A DNA stretch of 63,869 nucleotides, counting the filler, from Lenisia limosa (lineage: Eukaryota; Protista; Breviatea): the NCBI GenBank assembly GCA_001655205.1. It is 8 parts of 8 records of this genome, joined end to end, with 100 filler letters (N's around TTAATTAATTAA, not from the genome) between each part and the next. Parts side by side here need not be neighbours in the genome. Positions count along the whole stretch, not along the records: positions 37,842 to 48,291 come from LPNZ01011030.1; positions 48,392 to 51,648 come from LPNZ01002613.1; 6 more parts are not named here. One strand, 5' to 3'. A program made the translations under genes and the position numbers. Under the pieces are notes generated by a model, which made no database searches, was not told the DNA's origin, and was given only the letters and a program-made list of their open reading frames with translations. Positions 37,798-48,788 of this stretch are shown here, piece after piece. The first letter of the stretch is position 1. The number at the start of each line of letters is the position of its first letter.

Positions 37798-37889
37798 NNN
37801 NNNNNNNNNNNNNNNNNNNNNNNNNNNNNNNNNNNNNNNNNATCTGGTCCCCCTCCCCCCGCACCACTCACATTCGCACTTCCAAGTTC

Positions 37890-39085
37890 AATAACACCCT
37901 TGACTTGGAACATTTCTGTTGACCCAAGTGTTTCATCTACGGTATGGACTGTTGAAGACTACTTTCTTTTTCCCAGAAGATATCAAATAATGATACCATT
38001 AAATTTTTCGTTGTTTTTGTACTTTTCCCTTTGCTACCAAACTCGCTTTGTTCACTATCTCCAGGAGAAACAGGCCGTACCGCTCGATTTCTTGACGGAC
38101 AGTGGGGTAGACCTTCTTTTCCAAGTGGAAGATAGGCTGGATGACCTCCCTACTGCAAGCTGGATCGAAAGCAATGATGATTGGTGCACCGAAATATCGA
38201 ACATTTCAAACGCTTCAAGTGCTCACCAGCTTGCTTTGAAGGTGGGTTTTCTTGAAACCCCTGTTCTTTTAACTGGGAGTGCTATTATACTATTAATTAA
38301 ATACTAAATGAATACAGGTTCAAAAGTTAAATTTTCTCATAATTTCTATTGGATAATCAATAAGATGTCAAGTGAATGTTTTCATATGGCAGGTGTCAGA
38401 AATCCGCAAAATCCGTTCCCTCAAAATGGAACAGAAGCTGATGCTGATGCGTGCGCGCCACGCTCATGAAAGGGTGGGTATTGCTCTCTCTTCTGCTCAT
38501 AAATCAGGCTGAACTGTCAGCACAGCACCAAGCTAAGGAAGCAGCATTATTGGAATGGCAGGCACAAGACAACCAAAGTCTTTTCTCCAGTGGGCGGATG
38601 TGTCTTTGTTTTCATCAGTTGCCAAATCCTTGCAATCTCATAGAGTAGGACAAACTGAAGTGTCATGCCTAGCGTCGACTTTCAAAACCAAGGTGGGCCA
38701 CTGGGTATTGTGATCACTTTTTAACCACATTAGGGAAGTGGAAGCTCTCTTCCTGTTTTTAACTCCAAAAGGTTGGATACCAGAATTTCTTTTAATTTTT
38801 AACTGTTAGTACGCAATCTAGGGCTGCATTCGTCCACTCCTATTACGTCCAGCATTATTCCTCTCAAGTATGCTATTACTTACCGAAGCTTATTTCTTAG
38901 TCTGGTGTGAACCCCATGCCGCCGCCACCTCCACCTTTCGCACTTTTGGGACAATTCGGTAAAATGCTCTCACACGATTCGCTAACCCATTTTTAGATTC
39001 TCCCAATCCATTGGTACCACTTGATTTGGTGAGCAGCTAATGGTTGCTGTTTCCTTTACTGTTTAGCCCCTCCAGTCTTAGAAGG
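37890..39085 (+). CDS. Partial coiled-coil protein of unknown function
   Basis: Phase-consistent exons ...FLDGQLDDLPTASWIES...AHQLALK|VSEIRKIRSLKMEQKLMLMRARHAHER|AELSAQHQAKEAALLEWQ...; both ends unclear. Confidence 0.5.
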
Positions 39086-39127
39086 CGTTGTATTATTTGA
39101 ATCTTTCTGTGTTTTCATGCATATTTG

Positions 39128-39212
39128 ATTGTTGGAATTTTGGAATTGGAATTTTTGAATTGGAATTTTTGAATTGGAATTTTGGGGTTTGGGGTCTTTT
39201 TGTTGGAATTCT
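39128..39212. repeat. Short tandem repeat (TTGGAATT/TTTTTGAA units)
   Basis: About three copies of a 14-bp TTGGAATTTTTGAA-like unit. Confidence 0.75.
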
Positions 39213-39254
39213 GGTTCGGTCCTAAATTGACCATAACAAGGGTCATATCTCCTG

Positions 39255-39535
39255 ACGCCTCCTCTAGCCCAAAGCCGATTGGGACCGGTCAGTCCGATGT
39301 GCCCCATAAAACATTTGGATATTTATTGATAGACTCCTTTCGAACCTGTCGGGTACTACATTTGAACAACTTGCTCTGGTCTGGAAGTTCATGAAGTTGC
39401 AATTGGGGCGACTAGCGGCATCGTTTTGTTGTATGTTGTTGTCGGTTGAACTGACTACTCATCGCACGATCGGAAGGGGAAGGACGAGGGTGTTGCACTT
39501 GAAGCAAGAAGTCTTGAAAGCAAAGCATAGCATCA
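39255..39535 (-). pseudogene. Decayed RanBP2-type zinc-finger repeats
   Basis: CNFMNFQTRASC-(1-nt deletion)-FKCST at 39408-39350, TSCFKCNT at 39513-39489, and a degenerate DWTCPNC-like string at 39295-39275. Frameshifts and lost Cys/Trp codons. Confidence 0.5.
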
Positions 39536-39849
39536 CAAGATGGACAATCCTACTATCTTTGTAAAATAAAACAAATTCGACTTTCTTTGTCAAATGGAAT
39601 TATGAATGGCTGGTATTTGTTTGTATCCAATGTATATATTATATCATATGATAGAGTCCTCGGGTTGCGGGGCCTGTAAATACGCAATATTTCTTTATAA
39701 TGAGTTGATAGAGGTGGGACAAGGGACAAATTAAAGTAGCAAATAATATTGTGAGACCAAATCACATTCACCACCCGTTGTTATTTGAAATATTGAATCA
39801 ATTTTTACTTTCTCTCATGTTCATGTTTTCAGGCCGAGAGTGTGTGCTT

Positions 39850-40345
39850 TCTGCTGTTGCCTAGTCCGAAAAGGGTAGATAGATTGACAATGCATTAAAA
39901 ACATGTCATTGCCTATTTGACGAACACTTGGTGGGAGATTTTTGAGAAGCGTGGAGGTGCGCAATTAACGAGACAGACAGGCGCCTCGGATTGCTAGAGT
40001 CCTCCTCAAAGCTTCAGACATCATTCATAATTCACCAGACACATTCCTCTTGAAGTCTCCGGGAAGTGGCCCATCAAATCCATGGACATCTTCTCAAATG
40101 GGTACCCCTACCTATCCTTGATGCACACTTCCCTCACAGGAGTGGCACCAATGCATCGTGTCCGCATGCCGTGCCAAAAGAAGCGTGCTCGAATCTTCGC
40201 ATACGTCTATCTAAGCCCAAATGCCCTCCGCCTGGGTCCGTCATGTCAGTACCGTAGTACCATACATTCTCCTGTTCTGACTTCAGGATAATAGGCAATG
40301 CTCTCCATTGCCCATCGAACTTATCAACCTGAATAGACAAACCAA
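39850..40345 (-). mobile_element. Degenerate Ty3/Gypsy-type (rve) integrase fragment
   Basis: GGGHLGLDR-(1-nt deletion)-TYAKIRARFFWHGM (H2C2 zinc-binding start), then a stop, then YPFEKMSMDLMGHFPETSRG (start of integrase core). No LTRs, RT or RNase H seen. Confidence 0.72.
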
Positions 40346-41327
40346 GATACAACTATTCTACCTACCCCATACAGGTGTTTTTTGGTGTCATGGGGAGGGC
40401 TGCGGACCCGTGGCCATGAAGGTGGGTCGCCGTGAAGAAGGCTGGCCCGCATCTCCTCAGAGGCCTCTTACATTGGAGTAAGAACTTATTTTAAATCATA
40501 GTACGAATGTAGTCCATTTTGTTATAATAAATTGAAACCAGTTTGTACCCAGTGGAAAATACTGATATTTTTTTTAATGAATTTTTGAGAATAATCGTTT
40601 TTTTAATGGGTGCAAACTGGTTTCAATTTTTTTAAAAAAAAGGGCCATAGTATTGTATTGTGCTGTGAATACATATATTATATTATGATGATTGAATAAT
40701 ACTATAATATTTTGAAACAATTTGGTAAACACCGAATACATAAGTTCGTACTCTGATGAGAAAAATAAGTTCGTACTCCGATGGACTTCCGTGTCTATGT
40801 GATGCACTGAAATAGCACTTTCCACAATGGTTAACTTTCCCGGATAGTTGCCATTTATTCCTTGAATGTGGTTTTTTATTACGGTTTTTTGTTTTGTGTG
40901 TTTTTGGTAGTTTTAGGGCCATAAACAGAAAGCTTAGGGACTTATTTTGGTTTTAACCCAAGACAATATTTAAATTGGCGTTTCATCCTTTGATTAAGAT
41001 TTGAAATAACTTTCGAAAATAAAAGGAAAATAAGGTTTATGGTGATTTTTTATGGAAAACTCAAGCTGTCTGGGAGTTGTGATGTGTCCAGTTAATTTTA
41101 AATGATGTCCAGAGCTTTAAAATATCATATTATGCAAATATGATAGACTATTAGTACTATTGAGTCAATATTCTTACCCTTTTAAGTTATTTATATGGTC
41201 ACTACATATTATTGTACAAATTACATATTTCATTCATTAATATCTCCTTGCACGGGCAGCTGCCATTGCAGTTTGCTTCTTAGCCTTTTCTTCCCTAAAG
41301 TGATGAGTCTTCAGCAAATAATTCATT

Positions 41328-44300
41328 TTAAAAAGATATTAACATCCATCCATCCAACTGTTTCGATGCGCTGGCTTTCTTTTTCTCTTTAATACCATTA
41401 GTTAGTCGTGTATGCTTGTTCTGAAAGGAAAAAAAGTCACGACAAAGCTCAAAAATGATAATCCATACCTTGAGAGTTTGTAATTCCAATTCAAGGCGGT
41501 CGATTTCAGCCTGAGGGGTGAGCAATGAAACAATAGGAGCGAGACTATGCAGTATCAAGTGTTTATCCTTTTATGGACCACAGGACCATATTGGTCCAGT
41601 TTTTAACATGAGAGGTATTACCGAAAATAGAAGCCCTTTTCCGTCATTTTGAAAAAAAGGTCTAGAGATTGACTCCCCAGGAAAAATATTAACCAAACCC
41701 CAATTTCAAAACATTTTCTTTTCCTTTCAAGAACCTGTTTTTAGTCTCAAGTGTTAGGTTTTATTTGTTAGTTACATCTTTGATGGAGGAGAAGGTTTGT
41801 AGTACTCTGTTTTGAAGTTTTTCATTGTCTTCAGACGGGAAAGAGAGCTCGTAAGCTCGTAAGAGAGCGCAAGACAGAGACCAAGGGCCTCCTAGGCCAA
41901 ATACTGCCTTGCTTGGCCCAACTCCGGAGCGTATTGCCCTCCTTCGGCAAATTGAGCCTGTTGGTATGAGAGTTAAACATAAAAGAGAGCTATTGATTTG
42001 TTAAGTTCCCCTTCTCCTCCTTCTACCCTTTCTTTTAAGGCATTTTTAGTAAAAATAAATTCTCTTGACTTCCCCTTACCCTGAAAACCCATAATCCACC
42101 TCGTTCCTAAGGGTGATCTCACTGGAAGCATCACTTAATATCCTTTTGATTCATGCTCTGATAAACCTTTCAGACTTGCCTAATATGGTATGTGATTAAT
42201 TTTATAGATACTGAGTCTTCTGACGACAGTGATGTCGACTTCAATGTTGGGACAATCACCATAATAAGACCAACATCGGGTGAGGTTTCATCTTCTTCTT
42301 CTGATGATGATGATACATTGGACTGTGGGGTAGATGCGATTGACCGTGCTCCACCAACCCCGACGTTCTTTGCCCCTATCAGAGGTTCAGTTGCCACACG
42401 GTTCCGCAACAGGAAGAAGTTTGAAAAGACTTCCAGCGGAATTCACGCAACCACTTGGACAAACAAGCCCAAGAAGATTGGAGAAATTCCTTTCAGCGAT
42501 TCCAACCATGTAGGACCCTCCTGTACAACAACTTCCCCTCTTCAGGTTTGCTTTTTTTAATATTATGTGGGTTTTTTTTTTCTTTTCTTAATTTATTAGG
42601 CCTTTCACATCATGATGCCCACGGCCCTTCTCAGTAANNNNNNNNNNNNNNNNNNNNNNNNNNNNNNNNNNNNNNNNNNNNNNNNNNNNNNNNNNNNNNN
42701 NNNNNNNNNNNNNNNNNNNNNNNNNNNNNNNNNNNNNNNNNNNNNNNNNNNNNNNNNNNNNNNNNNNNNNNNNNNNNNNNNNNNNNNNNNNNNNNNNNNN
42801 NNNNNNNNNNNNNNNNNNNNNNNNNNNNNNNNNNNNNNNNNNNNNNNNNNNNNNNNNNNNNNNNNNNNNNNNNNNNNNNNNNNNNNNNNNNNNNNNNNNN
42901 NNNNNNNNNNNNNNNNNNNNNNNNNNNNNNNNNNNNNNNNNNNNNNNNNNNNNNNNATGTTCTCTATTTCGCTGCCAGGTCCGACAATCCCATAACCAAG
43001 ATCCGTCCCTTCCTCACCGCCGTCACTGCCGCCTGGCGCGGTGCTTATGACCCCCCATCTTGCCATTGATGACAAATGATTGCTACAAAGTCCAAGTACG
43101 TCACGTTCAAGGTTGGTTAAGTGTATTTTTGTTTGTATTGGTGGGGGGTGGGAGATTCTTTTTTGGAGTTACGCTTGGTTATTTTTTGTGATTCACTCCA
43201 TCAGGTCACCGGTCAGAAGAAGCCAATATCATCGGGAATCAGGGTCTACGCTATCGCAGGAGAAGGCGGTTACGTCTTTGACACCTCTTTCCACCTAGCC
43301 GACGGGGCAGCGAACACGTCCTTAAGCTCGTCAAGACCCTCACCGCTGAAGGCCACATCATTGCTCTTGACAACCTGTTTACTTCAACTACGCTCTTCAA
43401 GACCCTCAAGACTCAAGGCATCAACGTATGTGGCACGAACCGCAACGGAAGAGGCGCCCCCTACATCAAAGAAGAAGCTAGCTCATTCCTCGATAAGAAA
43501 GGTGACTACATCGAGACGTGGTCTGATGATATCCGCTGGAGCTGCTGGTTGGATGGTGGGCCCGCAACCATGATGACCACCTTTGGTGATGACATCCGCC
43601 CCACATCTGTCAAGCGTCGCGAGCCAGGCNNNNNNNNNNNNNNNNNNNNNNNNNNNNNNNNNNNNNNNNNNNNNNNNNNNNNNNNNNNNNNNNNNNNNNN
43701 NNNNNNNNNNNNNNNNNNNNNNNNNNNNNNNNNNNNNNNNNNNNNNNNNNNNNNNNNNNNNNNNNNNNNNNNNNNNNNNNNNNNNNNNNNNNNNNNNNNN
43801 NNNNNNNNNNNNNNNNNNNNNNNNNNNNNNNNNNNNNNNNNNNNNNNNNNNNNNNNNNNNNNNNNNNNNNNNNNNNNNNNNNNNNNNNNNNNNNNNNNNN
43901 NNNNNNNNNNNNNNNNNNNNNNTCAATTGACAATATTGACTATTTAGCACCACCTCCCACCGCCAAACACGGCGCTGGCAGATGTGCATTGTTCACTACC
44001 TCATCGATCAGTCCATGATCAATGCTCACATTGCGTCCTTTCCTCTGCCGGACGCCCATCTATTGAACGCAAGAGCTTCCACATGCGCGTTACCGAGGCC
44101 CTTGTCGACATGTCCCCCTTCTCAACTACCAACAGCCGTATCCCCTCACCCACGAATGTAAGAATTGGTTCCTGATGCTAAAATTGTGTGATAAACTTCA
44201 CATCATTTTGATATAATTATTATTATTTTAATTGATTTCATTTGAAATAGTATTACTTTGTCAAGCAAAGTCCCGATAAACTATCGATAATTTTCGGTAT

Positions 44301-47171
44301 TTTATCGGTCGAGTCAAAATGAACACATAAAATTTTAACGATAATGTGAATTTGTCTTTTGATTCAAATTACTTTTGTTCTGGAAAGTTGGCCACCAAGA
44401 AAATCCGCACCAATCTGTTCTGTGAGGGTTGTGGTGTTTTCCTTTGCCCTTCTTGCTCTTACAGTGTTCATTCACTAATGTTCAAGGTTTGATGTGTTTT
44501 CTGTTTATGTATTTGATGTGATTAACTTTTGAGTTTGGAAATGAATGTTTTTCTGAATGAAATTCGGCGTGTTGTTTTTTAATTTTGATTAATAATATGA
44601 GTCTTTATCGCTTCATACGANNNNNNNNNNNNNNNNNNNNNNNNNNNNNNNNNNNNNNNNNNNNNNNNNNNNNNNNNNNNNNNNNNNNNNNNNNNNNNNN
44701 NNNNNNNNNNNNNNNNNNNNNNNNNNNNNNNNNNNNNNNNNNNNNNNNNNNNNNNNNNNNNNNNNNNNNNNNNNNNNNNNNNNNNNNATGTCATGTCACT
44801 GATCTGGTGAGCTAAAACACAATTATTGAAAATACCAAGTAAAAGGTAAACTAGAGCATATGAACTATATAATTCTCATTTATAACAACATATAACTTTT
44901 TCGAAATGATATGAATACTGGTACCCCGGACCAATATGGTCCACCCCCTTGGTCCTCATAAGGATAGAATTGGAAACACCTACAGTTTGGTCATCAAAAT
45001 CTGTAAGCAAATCGGGGTGCGCGATCAGGCCTGCTTGTCTCTAAAGCCGTTATTACCAACACCTGCAAACCTGCAGAGCATTTGTTTCAGCACGAAGCCT
45101 ATCCCTCTTCTGTTTCATACTAGCAAGACTGTCTCTGAATGCATTAGTCTTCCACATACCCCACCTTTTTTCAGCGACTTCGTCTCCAAGGTCTGCAAGT
45201 TTCTTCTTAAGCTCTTGATTTTCGTTCTTAAATATTATTAGTAATAGCTACATTTATGTATATCATCTAGTATATATCATATGCATATATTAACACTACT
45301 AGTGTGCTCTTTCATATTACAGTGTAACATTTGCACGCGCGTGTAGTTGACTGTTATCAATGACTCCAACTTACCACCTCTATCCCCTTTGTCTGTGTAA
45401 ATGGTTCTAATAGCGACATAATTTAGGACCTTGAGATGATATATGATATGATATGTATAATACTATAACATATTATTATGTATGAATAATTTTTGATAGG
45501 GCATGCTGTTACATCCCTCACCAGAATAAACTGCAGTTTCTCTTTCAAGTGACTCAAAACCAAGACAGTTGTTGTGATCTTCTTTCTCAGTTTGAGTAGG
45601 TCTTCATTTCTGGAGAATAACAAACCTTTTAATCATACCGCTCTTCAATTTTTTCGTTGTAAGCTTGGTTCTCAATCTTCAGTTGCTCAAAGTCAATCAA
45701 ATGAAGTCCATCACCAAGTTCCTCCTTGTTTATTAATGACTTGACCTCATAACCATGGAAAACAAAGCACATTGGGTAATATAAAGGTGGACTACTTCCC
45801 ACTTTTTTAACCATTGTTTGTTCCAGCTTCTTCAAGGTTGCGCGAAGGGAAATGTTCTTTGTACGCACCTTCTCAAGCTCCTTCTCTTTCACCACTTCTT
45901 TGTCCTCAATTTGACGAAGAATCTAGAGGATTAGAACCATATTCTTGTATCTTTCCGAACCTTGGGGGGAAGTGGTTTGCCAGTCCTGGCATACTCACAT
46001 TTTGCCGCAATTTCCCGTCTAAAATGTAACGGGTCTCAACTAGTGCATAATAAAACCCAATTTGAAAGTATCAATCAGACATTTGAAAGTATCAATCAGA
46101 CATTTGAAAGAAGTCTGTAGAAATGCCAAATAGACAAGAGAGATTGAAACAAAATATACCAAGACAACCTTTGTTGAACGTATTTGTTCCTCAACTCATC
46201 TCGTTTAGAGATCTTTTCCGCAAGCTTGGCCTTGGGGGTAAATATAAAAACAGGGAAAACAAAAGTACAGTTTTAATAAGTTGCCCACCTTTTCAGCAAA
46301 AAGGACCTTGACATTATGTCTCTTGGTCTCTTTGATTTTTTGTCGTAGTTCCTTTGACTGAGAAATAACCAAAACACGAAATTGTCTCACCTGCCTCAGC
46401 AGATTGTGATAACGTTGTTCTGCATCTGGACCAAGTTGGTCTTGTGGATCATTCAGACCTTCAAATTCTCCCTTCTAAATGATGTTAAAAAGGGAGTTAT
46501 ATCCAATAATGCATCTTTTCCCCACTTTGCCCACTTTGTGCTTCTTTGATAGATACTCCTGGATGACCGTCTGAAATTTGAGGAGAGGAGGGTATTCAAT
46601 ACTACTGCCCGGTAACTTACCTCAAATTGTCTTTTCATAGACATGATTCGTGTCATTTCAAGATCATAAATTCTCTGCATTTCCGCCTTGACATCTTCTT
46701 CTTTCTCCGTTGCAACCTGGGGTGTTACCATGAGCTAAACGACCAAAGGGAATACTCTTTCACCCAACCTGTTCTTCAGTCGGCACTCCACCACACCACC
46801 CCGTTATTCCCCGTGGGGTTTTGGTTCCTTTTGGAACATGCAAGTCCAGGGAGTCAATAGCCTCGGCCTCAAGTAGGGCAAAGATGTCAACCTCCTGAAG
46901 GGTCAGCTTCATCTGCAATGCCTTACTGATTCATAACGGCTCTCGTCGAATTCATGATCAGACTCTTCTTCCAAGTAGTCAGAGTCACTTGGTGATTTTC
47001 CAGAACGAATGGCGGGCACGGCTGATTCAAAAGATCCCTGAGTATCAGGAAGGGACTCTCCAAAAGGAGCTAAATCGCTATCCCGTGGTTGAGCTGTGCG
47101 TAATTCGGAGTTCTGAACAATAATAATGGCGAAAGGTAAGGGAATCCAACCTGTGGCTCTGGAGAAGCCAT
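41328..47171 (-). CDS. CCDC96: Coiled-coil domain-containing protein 96 (CFAP184, DUF4201 family)
   Basis: ATG at 47171. Motifs AEQRYHNLL, ARTGKPL, EELGDGLHLIDFEQLKIENQAYNEKIEERNEDLLKLRKK, LSHLKEKLQF, AGLIAHPDLLTDFD. The last two exons (41514-41473 and 41420-41328) lie beyond a 3.4-kb intron. Confidence 0.9.
41564..44966 (+). mobile_element. piggyBac-superfamily DNA transposon nested antisense in a CCDC96 intron
   Basis: Imperfect terminal inverted repeats (TATCCTT..GGACCA..GGACCATATTGGTCC at 41564-41597 and its inverse at 44928-44966) flank a piggyBac transposase remnant. An intact TTAA TSD is not preserved. Confidence 0.8.
42209..44491 (+). pseudogene. Intron-containing piggyBac transposase, frameshifted
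   Basis: Acidic N-terminus; AID(E)QMI, KKPISSGIRVY, GHIIALDNLFTS, VCGTNR, WLDGGPATMMTT, IDNID...RRWQMCIVHYLIDQSMINA; C-terminal CEGCGVFLCPSCSYSVH. One-base deletions at about 43072, 43305 and 43944. Confidence 0.85.
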
Positions 47172-47950
47172 CCTCTTGGTTGTTTTCTGTGTGTGTAGTA
47201 ATGATTGAATTGAAAATTTCACCTAGGAGATACGAAAATTTGCTGATTGAACTTTCCCTGGACGCCGGCGGGTATATTCTCGGACAATTCTGACGGTAGG
47301 GCTTGTTATTTAACTATCTAACAGTGACTGTCACCATTATGAGTTTTTGACCTAGTGTTAATACAACCTATTTTTAATTATTTTACTGAATAAGGTGAAC
47401 TCAGCGAATAATCAGAACTCCTTGTCATGTGGCTTTATTTCGGTTGGTTCTGAAAATTAGGGGTTCCCTTTATATTTCATGAGACCCGGGACGCCCCGGG
47501 AAATTGAGTGAACTTTGAACTTTAATGCATCAATAACCTGGGGGTGTATACAACCCAGGAAACAGAAGTCTCCGATTTGCATAAGGGGAGTCCCAAACAA
47601 GTCCCAAAGAAACCACACACAAATCCTCCTTGGGGTTATATAAAACTACAATACAAAAAAAACAACAAGACGCTTCATTGCCTCATGGGCTTCGTGCTGT
47701 TTTTTTCTTTCCTCTTCCGATAGTCGTTTCCATCACCAGGGCTGAAAACTCCCGGAAATAGATGGGATCCAGGGATCTGGTTATGGTCAGGGTTCTGGGA
47801 TCTGGTTACGGATCTCGCGGCGTTTCCCCACCACTTTCGCTGCTTTTGCCAAAAATCACCCCCCTTACTCCTTTTGGCGAAACAAGAATTAATTTATATT
47901 AAAAAGGAAGAAAACAGGAAGAAAGGAGGAAAACCGCTGGAAAAACGAGA

Positions 47951-48756
47951 ATGGTAGAGGCGGAGGTAGTATTCACAGATGCTGTATCAAAGGATATCAT
48001 TCCTCATTTTATCGAGTCCCACTCTCCAGCCTATCTCCTAAGGAACTTGAGACATGAAGCCACACAACTATGTTGTCAATTTTTATTCGAAAGCCTCCGT
48101 TGACCTTCTTTCAGGCGATAACGTTGACCACAATGATGTTGGAAAGTAAGGAACCTTTGATTTCTTTGATAACTATAGCACAGTAGCGGAGATCTAGAAT
48201 ATGTTTTTTTCATGACAATTATACTTTAGGGCTTCTATTTATCTTGACATTGTTGAGCTTTTGAAGGCCCATAGTCAGAGGGGCCAACTCTNNNNNNNNN
48301 NNNNNNNNNNNNNNNNNNNNNNNNNNNNNNNNNNNTTAATTAATTAANNNNNNNNNNNNNNNNNNNNNNNNNNNNNNNNNNNNNNNNNNNNCCCCCAGGA
48401 ATTGACTTAGATGGCGGAAATACCAACCTCTGGGTGGCCTATCACAACCGAACCGGCAACGTCACCGTGTTGGGAGGGGAGGGGTATAATATGAAAAGGA
48501 TATTATTAGGGCTTCACTTCAGTTCGAAAGAACTCGATAAATCCTCTAAAACTATCGATATTTTACCGGTCTTTTTTGAACCGAAGTGAAACCCAACATA
48601 TTATATCGGGTGGGTGGAGTCATATACATGTATATATCTTCAACCGAGCCCGGTTTTGGATCTCTATAATCGTAGTTTCAAAAGAGACTTGACTGCATAT
48701 AAAAAGGTTTTTGAACTTTAACCGGTTGACCAATTTCTGGAAGAGTGTTTTTTATT

Positions 48757-48788
<32 letters not shown>

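Noticed and set aside
38040-38240. Minus-strand reading VIQPIFHLEKKVYPTVRQEIERYGLFLLEI
   Set aside because: The plus strand gives a phase-consistent multi-exon chain here, while the minus reading does not link to neighbouring exons.
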